The notes below the pieces were generated by a model. That model made no database searches and was not told the DNA's origin. It saw nothing but the letters and a program-made list of their open reading frames with translations. Positions 1 through 13,732 of a DNA stretch of 64,000 nucleotides are shown here, piece after piece. The stretch comes from Malacoraja senta (Eukaryota): the NCBI GenBank assembly GCA_038087875.1, contig JAXLNO010006158.1:1-64000 (forward strand), given 5' to 3'. Numbering within the stretch: the first letter of the stretch is position 1; every line of letters begins with the position of its first letter. Made by a program: the position numbers and the translations under genes.

Positions 1-373
1 ATAGAAAGCTGAAAAGGAGATGTGGGGCTGGGACAAAGCCTGGCAAGTAATACAGGTGATAAGACATAAAAAGCTGGAGTAACTCAGTGGGACAGGCAGC
101 ATCTCTGGAGAGAAGGAATGGGTGACTTTTCAGGTCGAGATTCTTCTTAGACTAGTTGGGGATAAGGGAAACAAGAGATATAGAAAATGATGTAGAGAGA
201 TAAAGAACAATGAATGAAAGATATGCAAAAAAGTAACGATGATAAAGGAAACAGGCCATTGTAAGCTATTTGTTGGGTGAAAACGAAAAGCTGGTGCGAC
301 TAGAGAACGGATTTTGATAAATAGACGGGTGGAGTAAGTGGCAACGGCTAGAGGTGAAAAGGTGACAAAGGGT

Positions 374-401
374 CTGAAGAAGGGTCTCGACCCGAAACAT
401 C
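374..401 (+). ncRNA. Minimal hammerhead-like core (representative copy)
   Basis: GGGU-CUGAAGA-A-GGGUCUCGACCC-GAAAC-AUC-ACCC: perfect stem II, 4-bp stem I, AUC triplet. Confidence 0.5.
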
Positions 402-1020
402 ACCCATTCCTTCTCTCCAGAGATGTTGCCTGTTCCGCTGAGTTACTCCAGCTTTTTGTGTCTTATCACCTGTATCACTTGCCAGGCTTTGTCCCAGCTC
501 CACATCTCTTTTTCAGTTTTCTATTACAATCAGTCTGAAGAAGCGTCTGACCCAAACCATTATCTGTCCATTCCAGACTGCAGGAGTACATGCTGAGGGA
601 CTCACTGGAGAGTTTTAACCAGCATCAGCAGTTCCTTCCTGTACATCCTGCCTTGTATAGCATTGTTCTGTGTTTACAAATAGAGTGTAAATAAAACCTG
701 GCATCCTGTGTGCCATTTAAATTAATTATGATTGATGTATATTTTTATTCCATGCAATCCTACAAAGTATCCCACAAATACACCACTCGGCAGCATTCAG
801 TGGATGGTGGCTGAGGCAAGGCAGCTCTTTGAACTAGTTCATGGATCACATGTGTATTCTTTTTACGTTGTCTTTTACAATTTAGTTGACCAATTAGTTT
901 AAATCTTTTTCCCCCAAGTTACTGAACTTTTTCCACAGGAAGTACTTTTTTATGGCCCATTCTAGTGAGAATATTGATGACTGAAAAATAAGAAAACTGT
1001 TCTACTGTACTCACTCTAAA

Positions 1021-1915
1021 CTCATGACTGCGTAGCCAGACATAGTCCGAACTCCATCATCAAGTTCGTCGACGACACCACTGTTGTGGGACGAATCACT
1101 GATGGTGATGAGTCAGAGTATATTAGTGAGATCGGCCAGCACAATAACCCGGCCCTCAACACCAGTAAAACCAAGGAACTGATTGTGGACTTTAGAAGAG
1201 GTAGGATAGGAACCCACAATCCCGTTTATATCCCGGGACGATGGTGGAAAGGGTCAAGAACTTCACATTCTTGGGCGTGCATATTTCAGAAGATCTTTCA
1301 AGGTCCCAGCACACTGATGCAATCATAAAAAAGGCACAGCAGCGCCTCTACTTCCTGAGAAGATTACGGAGAGTTGGTATGTCAAGGAGGTCTCTCTCGG
1401 ACTTCTACACGTGCACAGTAGAGAGCATGCTGACTGGTTGCATCGTGGCTTGGTTCAGCAACTTGATCGTCCAGGAGCGGAAAAGAATGAAGAAAGTTGT
1501 AAACACTGCTCAGTCCATCTTCGGCTCTGACCTCCCTTCCATCGAAGGGATCCATCGCAGTCGCTGCCTCAAAATGGCTGTCAACATCATCAAAGACCCA
1601 CACCATCCTGACCACACACTCATCTCTCCATTGCCATCGGGAAGAAGGCACAGGAGCTTGAAATCTGGAACATCCAGGTTCAAGAACAGCTTCTTCCCCA
1701 CAGCCATCAGGCTATTAAACACGATATCAAACAAACTCTGAACAATAACAGCCTATTGCACTTTATATGTTTATTTATTGTGTATATATATGGTCTATGG
1801 TATATAGACACACTGAACTTTTATCTCTGTATTATGTTTACATATTCTGTTGTGCTGCAGCAAGCAAGAATTCATTGTCCTATCTGGGACACATGACAAT
1901 AAAACTCTCTTGACT
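1021..1915 (+). mobile_element. Rex1/Babar-type (CR1/L2-group) LINE, 3' fragment, frameshifted
   Basis: [23 protein letters not shown] and KKAQQRLYFLRRL motifs; 3' tail with AATAAA and CTTGA remnant. Confidence 0.85.
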
Positions 1916-1933
1916 TTTGGGCAGTACTATTAT

Positions 1934-2243
1934 GGGTGGCACGGTGCAGTAGAGGTAGAGTGACTGCCTCACAGTGCCAGACACCCGGGTTCGATCCTAA
2001 CTATAGGTGCTGTCTGTATGGAGTTTGTACGTTCTCCCTGTGACCTGCATGGGTTTTCTCCAAGACCATCGATTTCCTCCCACGTACAAAGACGTACATG
2101 TTTATAGGTTAATGGGCTTGGTGTAAATATTAAATTGTCCCAAGTTTGTGTGTAGGGCAGCGTTAAGGTGCGGGAGTCGATGGCCAGCGCAGACTCGGTG
2201 GGCCAAAGTGCCTGTTTCTGCTCTATATCTCTAAACTAAACTA
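1934..2243 (+). mobile_element. HE1-type tRNA-derived V-SINE
   Basis: B box GGTTCGATCC, V-domain GGGTTTTCTCC...TTTCCTCCCAC, CR1-like tail ending (CTAAA)n. Confidence 0.85.
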
Positions 2244-2269
2244 TTAACGTGTGTATCAAATCACTGAGG

Positions 2270-2600
2270 AGAATAAAGTCATCGAACACAGAAACTTGCG
2301 TCATAGTTTAAAAATAAGCAGTAGACCATTTAGGAGTGAGATAAGGAAAAACGTTTTCACCCAGAGAGTTGTATATCTGTGGTATTCTCTGCCACAGAAG
2401 GCAGTGGAGGCCAATTCACTGGATGTTTTCAAGATAGAGTTGGATTTAGCTCTTAGGGCTAATGGAATCAAGGGATATGGGTAAAAAGCAGGAACGGGGT
2501 ACTGATTTTGGATGATCAGCTATGATCATATTGAATAGCGGTGCTTGCTCGAAAGGCCGAATGGCCTACTCCTGCACCTACAGTATTTTCTATGTTTCCA
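2270..2600 (+). mobile_element. CR1/HER1 LINE 3' end
   Basis: FTQRVVYLWYSLPQKAVEA motif plus the CR1 3' UTR. Confidence 0.85.
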
Positions 2601-3199
2601 TGTAAATCTCACATTCCAATGAACTTCCCTCTTCTCTCAATTTTCCCACCACCCACATTCACTTGGGGAAAATTACCTTCCAGTCAAATAATCTGATCCT
2701 ACCTCACAAATGTTTATAAACACTTTAAGTGTAACCTTGTTAAATGTCTTCTGAACAGAAGTGATTAATCTTCCCATTTTCTCTACCATCTCAAAAATGT
2801 ACATACTTCAGCCGGCATAACTACACTTTTACACATCCGTACACTTCTCTCTGATAAATTCACAGCAGGTCAAGAGCACAATTGCTCAAGCCCTGAGGAA
2901 TGTATTGCTGGACTCGACTCAATATTAATCAGCAAAAGACCCATGTTCTAGGCTATGATTACATTACAAATCTATCAAACAACCTTTCCATTTTCAGTGG
3001 AAAATAAGGTAAAATAATGACGTGGTGCTATAAACTTGACACAGAAATATAACATGTTGGAAATGATCCAACAGCATCTGTGGAGGTAAATAAAGTTGCA
3101 ACAATTTAGTTGCCAAATTAAATGATGAAGGTCCAGAACGTGAATTCAGATTTCCTCTCCTTAAGCTTGAACTTTTCCTTGCTTTCTGGGAATTTAGTT

Positions 3200-3485
3200 T
3201 AATTTAGAGATACAGTGCAGAAACCTGTCCTTCAGCCCACCGAATCCACGCCGACCAGCGATCCCCGCACACTATCACTATTTTATTCACGCTTGGGACA
3301 ATTTAGAATTTTACTGAGCAAATTGGTATGTCATTGGAGTGTGGGAGGAAACCGGAGCACCCGGAGGAAACCCGTGCCGGTCATGGGAAGTACGTACAAA
3401 CTCCATGCAGACTGAAACCGTAGTCAGGATCAAACCCGGGTCCCTTGCGCTGTAAGGCAGCAGCTCTGCCGCTGCACCACCGTGC
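3200..3485 (-). mobile_element. HE1-type V-SINE
   Basis: Reverse complement of the SINE head, V-domain and tail. Confidence 0.8.
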
Positions 3486-3605
3486 TGAACCATATTTTTT
3501 AGCATTTCCTGCCAAATCCTAAACTGTATCAGAAGATGACTTCTCATGCAATCTTGGTCTTATGTCATTTCAAATATTGTTTTGAAAATATTACTACACA
3601 CTCTA

Positions 3606-4639
3606 GGTATGTTACAAAACTTACCTTCAGCGGCGCTGCAGTTCTGTCACTGCCGGTGTGCGCGACTTTGGCGCCTTTGAGAGGGGGCCGGGTTTTAAAT
3701 GCGATATTTCGGCAGCCTGTTCTAAACGATCTTGAACAGGTTAAATAGTTCATGAAGAAAAATCACTTTGACTGCCGTTTTATTAAGTTTATTAAAATTA
3801 GCGCATTATAATTTAATTGTTGGAGTAAAATTAAAATCATCTTCAAATGCCGTCAACGCCGACAACGGGGACGGATTTCACGCACGGGACAAGGCAAGGT
3901 ACACTGTTTATTTTTTCATATAAACTTGCTTCTTAGGATGCCTTTAATAAAAATTTCAAGTTGCGAAAATGTGATTATTTAAATATACCAACCGGCAGTA
4001 TTTGTCCTGCCGATATTGGGGTTTAATTCAGTGCAAACGTAGCGTTCCAAACCAGCGCGTTCCACAAAATCCCACTCGCAAGATGATTTAAATGGCCATT
4101 AGTTTACAGGAATTAAACACTAAATTCCTTCCATTTGGCCTATAAATTAATGACTGAGATTAAAAAATAATGTTATATTGTGAATTCTTGTGTGAATGTT
4201 ATTTGGACACTTAGGCTTTTTAAAAATGTTAACTTTTTTTTAAGAAATGGATAGATATTTAGATCTAGTAATTGAATTTTGTAATTAGCTACAATTGGGT
4301 TACTAACTAATTATATGCTTTAATTTCAGGTCATCCAAGTAAGATTGTTTCATATTTGTTTCAGAATGCTTCAATCTATAATAACTGAAAATTTCATTAA
4401 GTTCTCTTAATTTTTAAGAAAGTTATGGGCTTTTGACTGTCCTTGATCACAGCTTTTGTGTTAATGGAAAAGCAATAGGGAACAAGAAGCTAATTTCCGA
4501 GTATGAAAATGGCCATAACTTTTTTAATACTGAAGATATGAAAGTGAATTAGGTGTCAAATTAAACTTCTTTTTATGCTTTATCTGATGGGATAAATTGC
4601 AGACTTGATTTTTAAAATCTCAAAATTTTGTAACATTGC
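3606..4639. mobile_element. Non-autonomous TIR DNA element, unclassified
   Basis: GGTATGTTACAAAA / TTTTGTAACATTGC inverted ends (12 of 14 match), flanked by TA on both sides. AT-rich, no transposase. Confidence 0.55.
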
Positions 4640-4831
4640 TACATACTCCAGCAAATGGTTTATGAATAATAGAAGAAACTTACTGTACCAGTTAAAAATC
4701 ATTGTGAAAAATGTAATTCCCTCCAAATTTCATTCCCTTCTGTTTTGCAGCAAGAATGTCATTGTCCTATCTGGGACATATGACAATAAAACCAGCGCGT
4801 TCCACAAAATCCCACTCGCAAGATGATTTAA

Positions 4832-5575
4832 CTGGAGTCAAGTTGGGAAAAGGGGAAGTACAACGGGATCTGGGGGTCCTTGTACATCAGTCTATGAAAG
4901 TAAGCATGCAGGTACAGCAGGCAGTGAAGAGAGCGAATGGCATGTTGGCCTTTATAACAAGAGGAATCAAATATAGGAGCAAAGAGGTCCTTCTGCAGTT
5001 GTAGAGAGCCCTAGTGAGACCACACCTGGAATATTGTGTGCAGTTTTGGTCCCCTAATTTGAGGAAGGACATTCTTGCTATTGAGGGAGTGCAGCATAGG
5101 TTTAGAAAGTTAATTCCCGGGATGGCGGGACTGTCATATGCTGAGAGAATGGAGCAGCTGGGCTTGTACACTCTGGAGTTTAGAAGGATGAATGGAAATC
5201 TCATTGAAACATATAAGATTGTTAAGGGCTTGGACATGCTAGAGGCAGGAAACATGTTCCTGATGTTGGGGGAGTCAAGAACCAGGGGCCAAAGTTTAAG
5301 AATAAGGAGTAAGCCATTTAGAACGGAGACGAGGAAACACTTTTTCTCACAGAGAGTGGTGAGTCTTTGGAATTCTCTGCCCCAGAGGGCTGTGGAGGCA
5401 GGTTCTCTGGATGCTTTCAAGAGAGAGCTAGATAGGGCTCTTAAAAACAGCAGAGTCAGGCGATATGGGGAGAAGGCAGAAACGGGGTACTGATTGGGGA
5501 CGATCAACCATGATCACATAGAATGGCGGTGCTGGCTCGAAGGGCCAAATGGCCTACTCCTGCACCTATTGTCTA
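4832..5575 (+). mobile_element. CR1/HER1 LINE, 5'-truncated
   Basis: RPHLEYCVQFWSP...FFSQRVVSLWNSLP motifs plus the complete 3' UTR. Confidence 0.92.
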
Positions 5576-6139
5576 TAACACTCTTGTCTCTTGAAGATGT
5601 GAGGAAGGGTCTCAACCTGAAATGTCACCTATTTCTTTTTGCCAGAAATGCTGCATGACCCACTGAGTTACTCCAGCATTTTGTGTCTATCTTCAGTGTA
5701 AACCAGCATCTGCAGTTTCTTCTTGCAAAGATGTTCCTCTACCACCTGAGTTCCTACAGTAGTTGTTTTTATGATACTAGGTTGACATGCAATTGAGACA
5801 TGCTGTGAGCTTTCCTTCAAAGCAGGAGGACAATTAAGCCCATATGCTCAATCCATGCACATTTTAACCAATGACGTATTGTAAAGCCTTAACAGTACAA
5901 TTTACATTCAGCTTTCAGATAATGCATTCGACCACAAACAGATGTCCATCTCATTAAATTCTACCAGATAAGGCTTGTAAAGTCTGAAAAGGGGTCTCGA
6001 CCCGAAACATCACCTATTCCTTTTCTCCAGAGATGCTGCCTGTCCCGCTGAGTTACTCCAGCTTTCTGTGTCTATCATTGAAAGACATTCTCCCTCCCCC
6101 ACACTTCCTGCAGCTTAATATGCTTCTTTTTTTCTCCTA

Positions 6140-6900
6140 GAAAAAGACACAAACTCGATGGTCAGGCAGTATCACTGGAAAACATGGATATGTGGTGTTG
6201 TGGAACAGGATCCTTCTTCAGACTAATTGTGGGAGGTTGGGGGGGGATGATATGGGCATTGTAGAGGGGGAGTGGGAGGGGGAGATGAAGGAAACTGGAT
6301 GAAAGGCGGGGCAGGTAATATGTGAACATAGGTGAGGAGGCTGTAATGGGGGGGGGGTTTGATGGGGAGATTATTGGACAAGGGCCAGAGATAAAAATAC
6401 AGGTGTGCAACAAAATAATTGAAAAGTTGCAAATGGCAAATTTAGAAGGAAGGGGGAGTGGAGGGAAATAGGTGCAAGTCCAGGTGGGCTACAGGGGAGC
6501 GGGTCAACGGTGGGGAGAAATATGGGTGTGGGTGAGAAAGGGGAGGAAGAGAAGGAGGAGAGTAGGGCTTAGCTTTCCTAAAATTGGCGAGTTCAATGTT
6601 CACACCACCAGGTTGAAAGCTACCCAAGAAGAATATTAGGGGCTGTTTGCATGTGACCTCACACTGGCAATGGAGGAGACCCAAGACAGAAAGGTCAATA
6701 TGGCAATGGGAAAGGAAGTTCAAGTGGTTAGCAACCAGGAGATCCAGAAGTCCATGGCAGATCCAGTGCATATTTTCGGCGAAATGGTCGTGGAGTCAAT
6801 GCTTGTTCTCGTCGATATACAGGAGGCCACATTGGGAACACCGGATGCAATAGATCAGTTTAGAGAAGGTGTACATGAACATCTTGTCTCACCTAGAAGG
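6140..6900 (-). mobile_element. Penelope-like element, degenerate GIY-YIG/3' region
   Basis: DLSVLGLL...IFFLGSFQPGGVNIE matches the copy at 17450-18360. Confidence 0.7.
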
Positions 6901-7789
6901 GCTGCTATGGTCCCTCGAGGCAGACCACAGAGGAGGTACAGGATCAGATGTTACATCCGCAGTTGCAGGGGAGATTACCTGGGATGCAATGGTTTGTGTG
7001 GGAAGTGATGAGAATTTTAGGTAACCTACCCCCCCCCCCCATTTCTTGCCCTCCCCTGTGCCCCATCTGGACTTGCATCCATTTCTGCCCTCCCCCGTCC
7101 CCTTCATCCATTCCTCTATTTTCACAATTCACCATTCTTTAATTCCTTTTGTCTTTTCATCTCTGGCCTTTGTTGTCGGAAAATCCTCTATGCAACATTT
7201 TAGTTTAGTTTATTGTTACGTGTACAGAGGTACAGTGAAAAGCTTTTGTTGCCTGCTAACCAGTCAGCGTAAAGACAATACATGATTACAAACTAACCAT
7301 TTACAGTGTAGAGATACATGATGAGGGAATAACATTTAGTGCAAGGTAAAGCCAGTAAAGTCCGATCAAAGAAAGTCCGAGGGTCACAAATGAGGCAGAA
7401 GTAGTTCAGGACTGCTCTCTCATTTTGGTATCTATCACCTATCATCTGCCAAACTTTGTTCTGCCCCTTCTCTCTTCCAGCTCCCACAATCAGTTTGAAG
7501 AATGGTCCTGACCCAAAACCTTAGCATCCCACGTTCTCCAGTAATGCTGCCCGTCCCACTGAGTTATTCCAACACTGTGTCTTTTTATGTTAACCAGCAT
7601 CTTCAGTTCCTCCTTTCTTCTTTCTCCTCCTTCCCAGTCCTGAAGGGTCTCTGGCCTGAAACATTAGCTCTGCTTTCCTGCCTACAGATGAGGCCTGACC
7701 TACTGCATATTGCCAGTGTATTCGGTATTTTACTAAAGTCAATTTTAATAATACTATTCCTTCATGCATTAATGAATTACTATCCTTTT

Positions 7790-9240
7790 CTGGAGGAGGT
7801 ATTCACGAGAATCTTCAATCTGTCTCTATCTCTGGCAACGGTCCACAAGTGCCTGAAAACAGCCACCATAGTGCCGGTGCCGAAAAAGTCCAAAGTCACC
7901 AACCTGAACGACTACCGCCCGGTTGCTCTAACTCCAATCCCAATGAAGTGCTTCGAAAGGCTGGTCCTCTCCCATATCAAATCCAGCATCCCTGCCTCAC
8001 TGGACTCCCATCAATTTGCATACAGGGCAAATAGATCAACAGAGGATGCCATCTCTCTGGCTCTTCACACTGTCCTGACTCACCTGGACAGACAGGGCAC
8101 GTATGTGAGGATGCTCTTCATTGACTATAGCTCTGCATTCAATACGGTCATCCCCACCAAGCTCACCACCAAACTCCACCAGCTAGGCCTCAGCTCGCCG
8201 ATATGCGATTGGATCCTGAACTTTATGACGGAGCGACCGCAGGCAGTGAGACTGGGCCCGCACCTCTCCTCCACTATCACCCTGAGCACCGGCACACCAC
8301 AGGGCTGTGTATTAAGCCCCATGCTCTACTCCCTCTTCACTCACGACTGTGTCCCTGCATTCGACACCAACACCATCGTGAAGTTTGCAGATGACACAAC
8401 AGTGATTGGGCTGATCACCAACGGTGATGAAACAAAATACAGAGCGGAGGTGCCGAACCAGGCGGACTGGTGCGCTCATAACAACTTGTCACTAAACACC
8501 TCCAAGACCAAGGAGATTATTATTGACTTCAGGAGGTCCCATAATGGAGAATATGCCCCAATCTCCATTTACGGGGAAAGTGTGGAGAGAATGTCCAGCT
8601 TTAAGTTTCTGGGCACTCACATTTCAGAGGTCCTCACATGGTCCACCAACACCGCTGCACTGGTCAAGAAGGCACAGCAACGACTGTTCTTCTTGAGGAC
8701 ATTAAAAAAGACTGGTCTGCCCCAACAGCTGCTGACAGCGTTCTACCGCTGCACCACAGAGAGCATATTAACGTATGGCATCTCTGTGCGGTATCTCAGC
8801 TGCACGGAGGCGGAGAGGAGAACTCTTCAGCGCGTCGTCCACACAGCGCAGAGGATCATTGGGACAGAGCTACCAGCCTTGGAGGGCATCTGCCACACAC
8901 GGTGCCTCAGGAAGGCCGTCAGCATCCATAAGGACTCATCACACCCTTGTAACGGACTGTTTGAACTACTTCCCTCCGGCAGACGTTATAAGGCCTTCTA
9001 CGCCCGAAACTCCAGACTCAGAAACAGCTTTATTCCAAGAGCTATAGTAGCTCTGAACCAGCCCTGCTGAGTGCCCCCCCCCCCACCCACCCCCCCCTGG
9101 ACAGTCTCCCTCGGATGGTCACGTCACTCAGCTTGTTTATTTATTTATTTTACTTTTCTTGTACATCGGTGGAGCTGCATACTAAATCTCGTTGCACTGA
9201 CGTGCAATGACAATAAAAGATATTATTATTATTATTATTC
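7790..9240 (+). mobile_element. Rex1/Babar-type LINE, 5'-truncated, open RT frame to 9070
   Basis: [27 protein letters not shown] and KFADD motifs; AATAAA + (TAT)n tail. Confidence 0.92.
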
Positions 9241-9514
9241 AACTATGTTCAAGGTATGAACATTTCAGCATGCAATTCAACAGTAAAAATATCATAAAAA
9301 TACCAAACAACAGTGTTATTCAAACAAGTAGTTAATATCGAGACATGTTGGAATCTTGAGCAATGAAATACTGGAGGAACTCAGTGAGTCAGGCAGCATC
9401 TGTGGCTGGAATGGACAGGTAACGTTTTGAGTCAGGACCCGTCTTCAGTAGTTTAAATAGTTTTGAATCTAGCTACTTGCAATAAATCAGTAATTTTAGT
9501 GGTTTTTAAGGTTA

Positions 9515-9822
9515 GTTTAGAGTTACAGCATGGAAACAGGCCCTTCGGCCCACTGAGTCCATGTTGACCATTGATCTCCCATTCACTCTAGTTATTCCAC
9601 TTTCTCGTCCACTCTTTACACACTAGGGGCAATTTACATAGGCCAATTAACCTACAAACCTGCATGCCTTTGGGTTGTGGGAGGAAACCGGAGCACCTGG
9701 AGGAAACCCACTCGGTCACAGTGAAAATGTGCAAACTCCACATAGACAGACCTGAAGTCAGGATTGAACCTGGGTCTCTGGCGCTATGAGGCAGCAACTC
9801 TCTACCATTGCACCACTGTGCT
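9515..9822 (-). mobile_element. HE1-type V-SINE
   Basis: Reverse-complement SINE head, V-domain and tail. Confidence 0.8.
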
Positions 9823-12800
9823 GTACTTCACAAAACCCATTAGCCAGATCAACACACGTAAATGGCAAAGAAAATCAAAGGAGCATTGGCGGCCATGGGT
9901 GCCTGTGTTATATGGAAAATAAATTGTGAGGAATAGGACTGATGAATGAAAGAATGATTGAATGATACTCTATTGTCACATGTACCCAGGGTACCTGGGT
10001 ATAGTGAAATGCTTTGTTTTCCATACAACCTCGGTCTATCCTTGAGCGGACTTTGCTGGCTTCACCTTGCATTAAACATTATTCCTTTATTATGTGTCTC
10101 TACATTGTAAATGCATTGATTGTAATCATGTATTGTCTTTCTACTGACTGGTTAGTAAGCAACAAAAAGCTTTTCACTGTACCTCGGTACACGTGACAAT
10201 AAACTAAACTGAACCTAGGCTGTACAAAAATGTCGTCATGTGTTGGCGCAGACAAAGTTACAAATTACCGAACAGTCCTATCCACTGCCTGTTGCCACAC
10301 ATGGCAGCAGACCCCATCCCCACCAGTTCCCCCTTCATTCTTGGTGGCGCCCCCATCACCACAGTACCCCATTTGTTCTCATCCCCCTCAATGGGAGAGC
10401 CTCCCTCTGCTGAATGCCCTACGTCTACAATGTTCTAAGTATAAGATTAGATTAAGCAATGCTCACTGTTGGACGTTGTACCTGCAAACCTTTATTACTT
10501 TGTTGGTCTCTTTGAATACAAAAATTCTTGGGTGTTCTTCTCTGTACAAACTAAAATGTGTTGGTTTCTCTGTAACCTTTGAATTCTGGTATCATGCTCA
10601 CCAATCTTTTTTAACAGATGCAGCATGGAAACATGCCTTTCTGCCCACTGAGTCTGCACTGACCATCAATCACCCATACACTAGTTCTATGTTTTCCCTG
10701 TTTCACATCCAACACACTCAGGGCAATTTACAGCGGCAAATAAACCTACAAACACACATGTTTTTGGAACATGGGAGGAAACAATAGACAATTGGTGCAA
10801 GAGTAGGCCATTTGGCCCTTCGAGCCAGCACGGCCATTCAATGTGATCATGGCTGATCATCTCCAATCAGTACCCCGTTCCTGCCTTTTCCCCATATCCC
10901 CTGACTCCACTATCTTTAAGAGCCCCATCCAGCTCTTTCTTGAAAGTATCCAGAGAACCAGCCTCCACCGCCCTCTGAGCACCCAGAGGAAACCCGAGCG
11001 GTCACAGGGAGAACGTATCAACTCCATACAAACAGAACCCATTGTTGGGATCCTTCTTGTGTCTGTGTAGGAAGGCACTGCAGATGCTGGCTTACACCAA
11101 AGATAGAGACAAAATACTGGAGTAACGCAGTGGAACAAGCAGCATCTATGGATAAAAGGAATGAACCTTCTAGTATCCCACTCGTTATATATTAATTTAT
11201 TGTAATTGGAGCAGTCTGCAAAACTCTTCATAGACGAGACAAGTGTTTATGTGGATTGGCTACCATTAAACTCTAGTCCCCTGCAATAAAATGCAGATTC
11301 AGCATTTTACAGATCAATATTTTGAGGGCCCCGTTTACAATGATATGTGCATCCCATCATTTAGAATGCCCCTTCACCTACTCTTTTGAAGCATTCTCCA
11401 CACATATAGTCACAGAGACACACAAACAGAACCTTCAGCCGACAGTCCACTCTGACCATGAAGCACTCATTCCATACCATTCCATCCCACCATTGATCTA
11501 CAGGAGGTGCTGCCTCAGAAAGACAGCTAATATCATCAGAGACCCACACCACCCTGGCCATACTCTCAGGGCCGGCCACCCTGGACCAGGAATTCGCCCG
11601 GAAGATCTGGCCCATCCATCATGGACCGAGTTCTTGCTCGCTGTGGACCAAGGATGGAGGATCCACCTGGAAGGCCCAGCTCGCCCGCCCAGAGTGGAAG
11701 GAGTCAGATGGATGGCTTATAGGCAGACAGGCTGCGGGAGGGAATGGACTGCCTCAACAGTGGAGTGGGCGCTGGAGACCTTACAGCAGCCTGGGGCTTG
11801 GCTGTTCCAGGTGCTGCTCCAAGAGGCCGGGCACATGGACCAGTTGCGCCCTGCAGCAGTAGAGGACACCACAGCTTCGCTTGGACAGGTCAACCCTGCA
11901 ACAACACCAGGACAATGGGCCTCATGGTCAGGCCAAGAACCCTCACTTACAACAACTGGGATGTGAAAATGGCACCAAAAACTGGCGACACTGTATACTG
12001 TCTCAGCGTACTACTGCTATACACTTGTACTGTATCTGAGATGCTTATCTAAGATGTATCTAAGGACTTATGTATAGTGATACATGTACTAAACTGTATA
12101 CAATAATGAATTTCACTGTACCTCAGTACATGCCACAAATAAAATACCGTTGAACCAATCAACTGCCTCTGAGGTTAGAGAGCCTGAGAACTGTTAGCTC
12201 CAGGTTTAAGAGCAGCTTTTTTTCTCATGAGCAGCAGGCATTTAAACACTGCACAACACTAACCACAACCTTACCCCAACAACTCTGATCTGCAATAACT
12301 TTATTTTGATTGCAGTAAGGATGTTTTGTTTTTCCACTGTTATGGTCTGGTTACCTAGTATAACTAATATTAATTTATTTTACCATTGATTGTTGTATAT
12401 TTAATATGTATATAAGAATTTCATTGTTCCATTGCCAGTACAGATGACAATTAAACTCTTGCTCTTGACCAACCCATTCTTATTCTCTGCAAATTCCCAT
12501 CATCTCTCTCCAGATTCTATCACTTACCTACAAATGACAGTCAATTTACATTGTAGAAACAAGGAACTACAAATGTTGGTTCACGAAGAGACACAAAGTG
12601 CTGGAGCACCTTAGTGGGTCCGGCAGCATCCCTGGAGATCACGGATATGTGATGATGGATAGATGTTTTGGGTCAAAACCCCTTCTTCACTCTGTGGAAG
12701 GGTGTTTACCCTAAACGTCATCTAGCCACGTTCTCCGGAGATGCTGCCTGACCAGCTGAGTTACTCCAGCACATAGCGATAGACACAAAATGCTGGAATA

Positions 12801-13732
12801 ACTCAGTGGGACAGGCAGAATCTCCAGAGAGAAGGAATGGGTGATGTTTCAGATTGAGGCCCTTCTTCAGACTTTGTCATCATTGGGCTAACTTGCTCCA
12901 TCCCATTCACCCATCATCTTTCTGATTGAAAAATATTCAGATTTTAAACTCTGATCATTGTATTTAAATATGTAAGACCAACAGCTCTTTCATTCAAAGC
13001 AAATCTTTCAATCATTTGTTCTTATATCTCTCTATATCACCGCCTGTATCTCTCATTTCCCTTTCCCCTGACTATCAGTCTGAAGAATGGTCTCGACCTG
13101 AAACGCTACCTATTCCTTTTCTCCAGAGTCGCTGTCGGACCCGCTGAGTTACTCCAGCATTGTGTGTCTATCTTCGGTTTAAACCAGCATCTGCAGTTCC
13201 TTCCTACGCAGCTCCTCCCTCGGCATGCATACAGTCCATACAATTTCACAGTTGAGGTTAGCGTTGTGTATTGTTCACGTGCGTGATAGTTGTTGGGAAG
13301 AAGCTATTCTTGAACCTGGAGGTCATGGTTTTCAAACACCTATACTTTCTTCCCCATGGTGGGAGGTAATGAAAGCGTGGCCAGGGGGATGATGTTGCCT
13401 TCTTTTTTGAGGCAGCGCCTCGTGTGGATCCCTTCGATGGTGGTGAGGTCAGAACCCACGATGAACCGGGCAGTATAACTTCCTGATTATTCACAAATTT
13501 AAGTATTTCATCTGAAGAGCAGGCCTAAGTCATAGAATTGCTCTCTAACTATCCCTACCTCTTATTCTTCCTTTAAGATGCACCTTAAATGTTTATTTTG
13601 CTAATTGTCATGTCATGCCATTATACTGCTCGAAGTAAAATGTTACAGAATAATATTCTTACGAATCTCATTGAAGCATTTTCCTACACTGGAACTGCTA
13701 TAAATGTTATTCTTTATATCTAAGCCTGTTTC

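Noticed and set aside
4887-5507. 206-aa minus-strand ORF and similar antisense ORFs at 55543 and 59716
   Set aside because: Antisense shadows of CR1 ORF2.
7502-7790. N-terminal extension of the 522-aa ORF
   Set aside because: Chance read-through of Penelope-tail and AT-rich flank upstream of the truncated LINE; not part of an RT protein.
11140-11290. Strong minus-strand acceptor (ttttattgcag) as the missing alpha1 exon of the second gene
   Set aside because: All three frames hit a stop within 11 codons and there is no MHC similarity.
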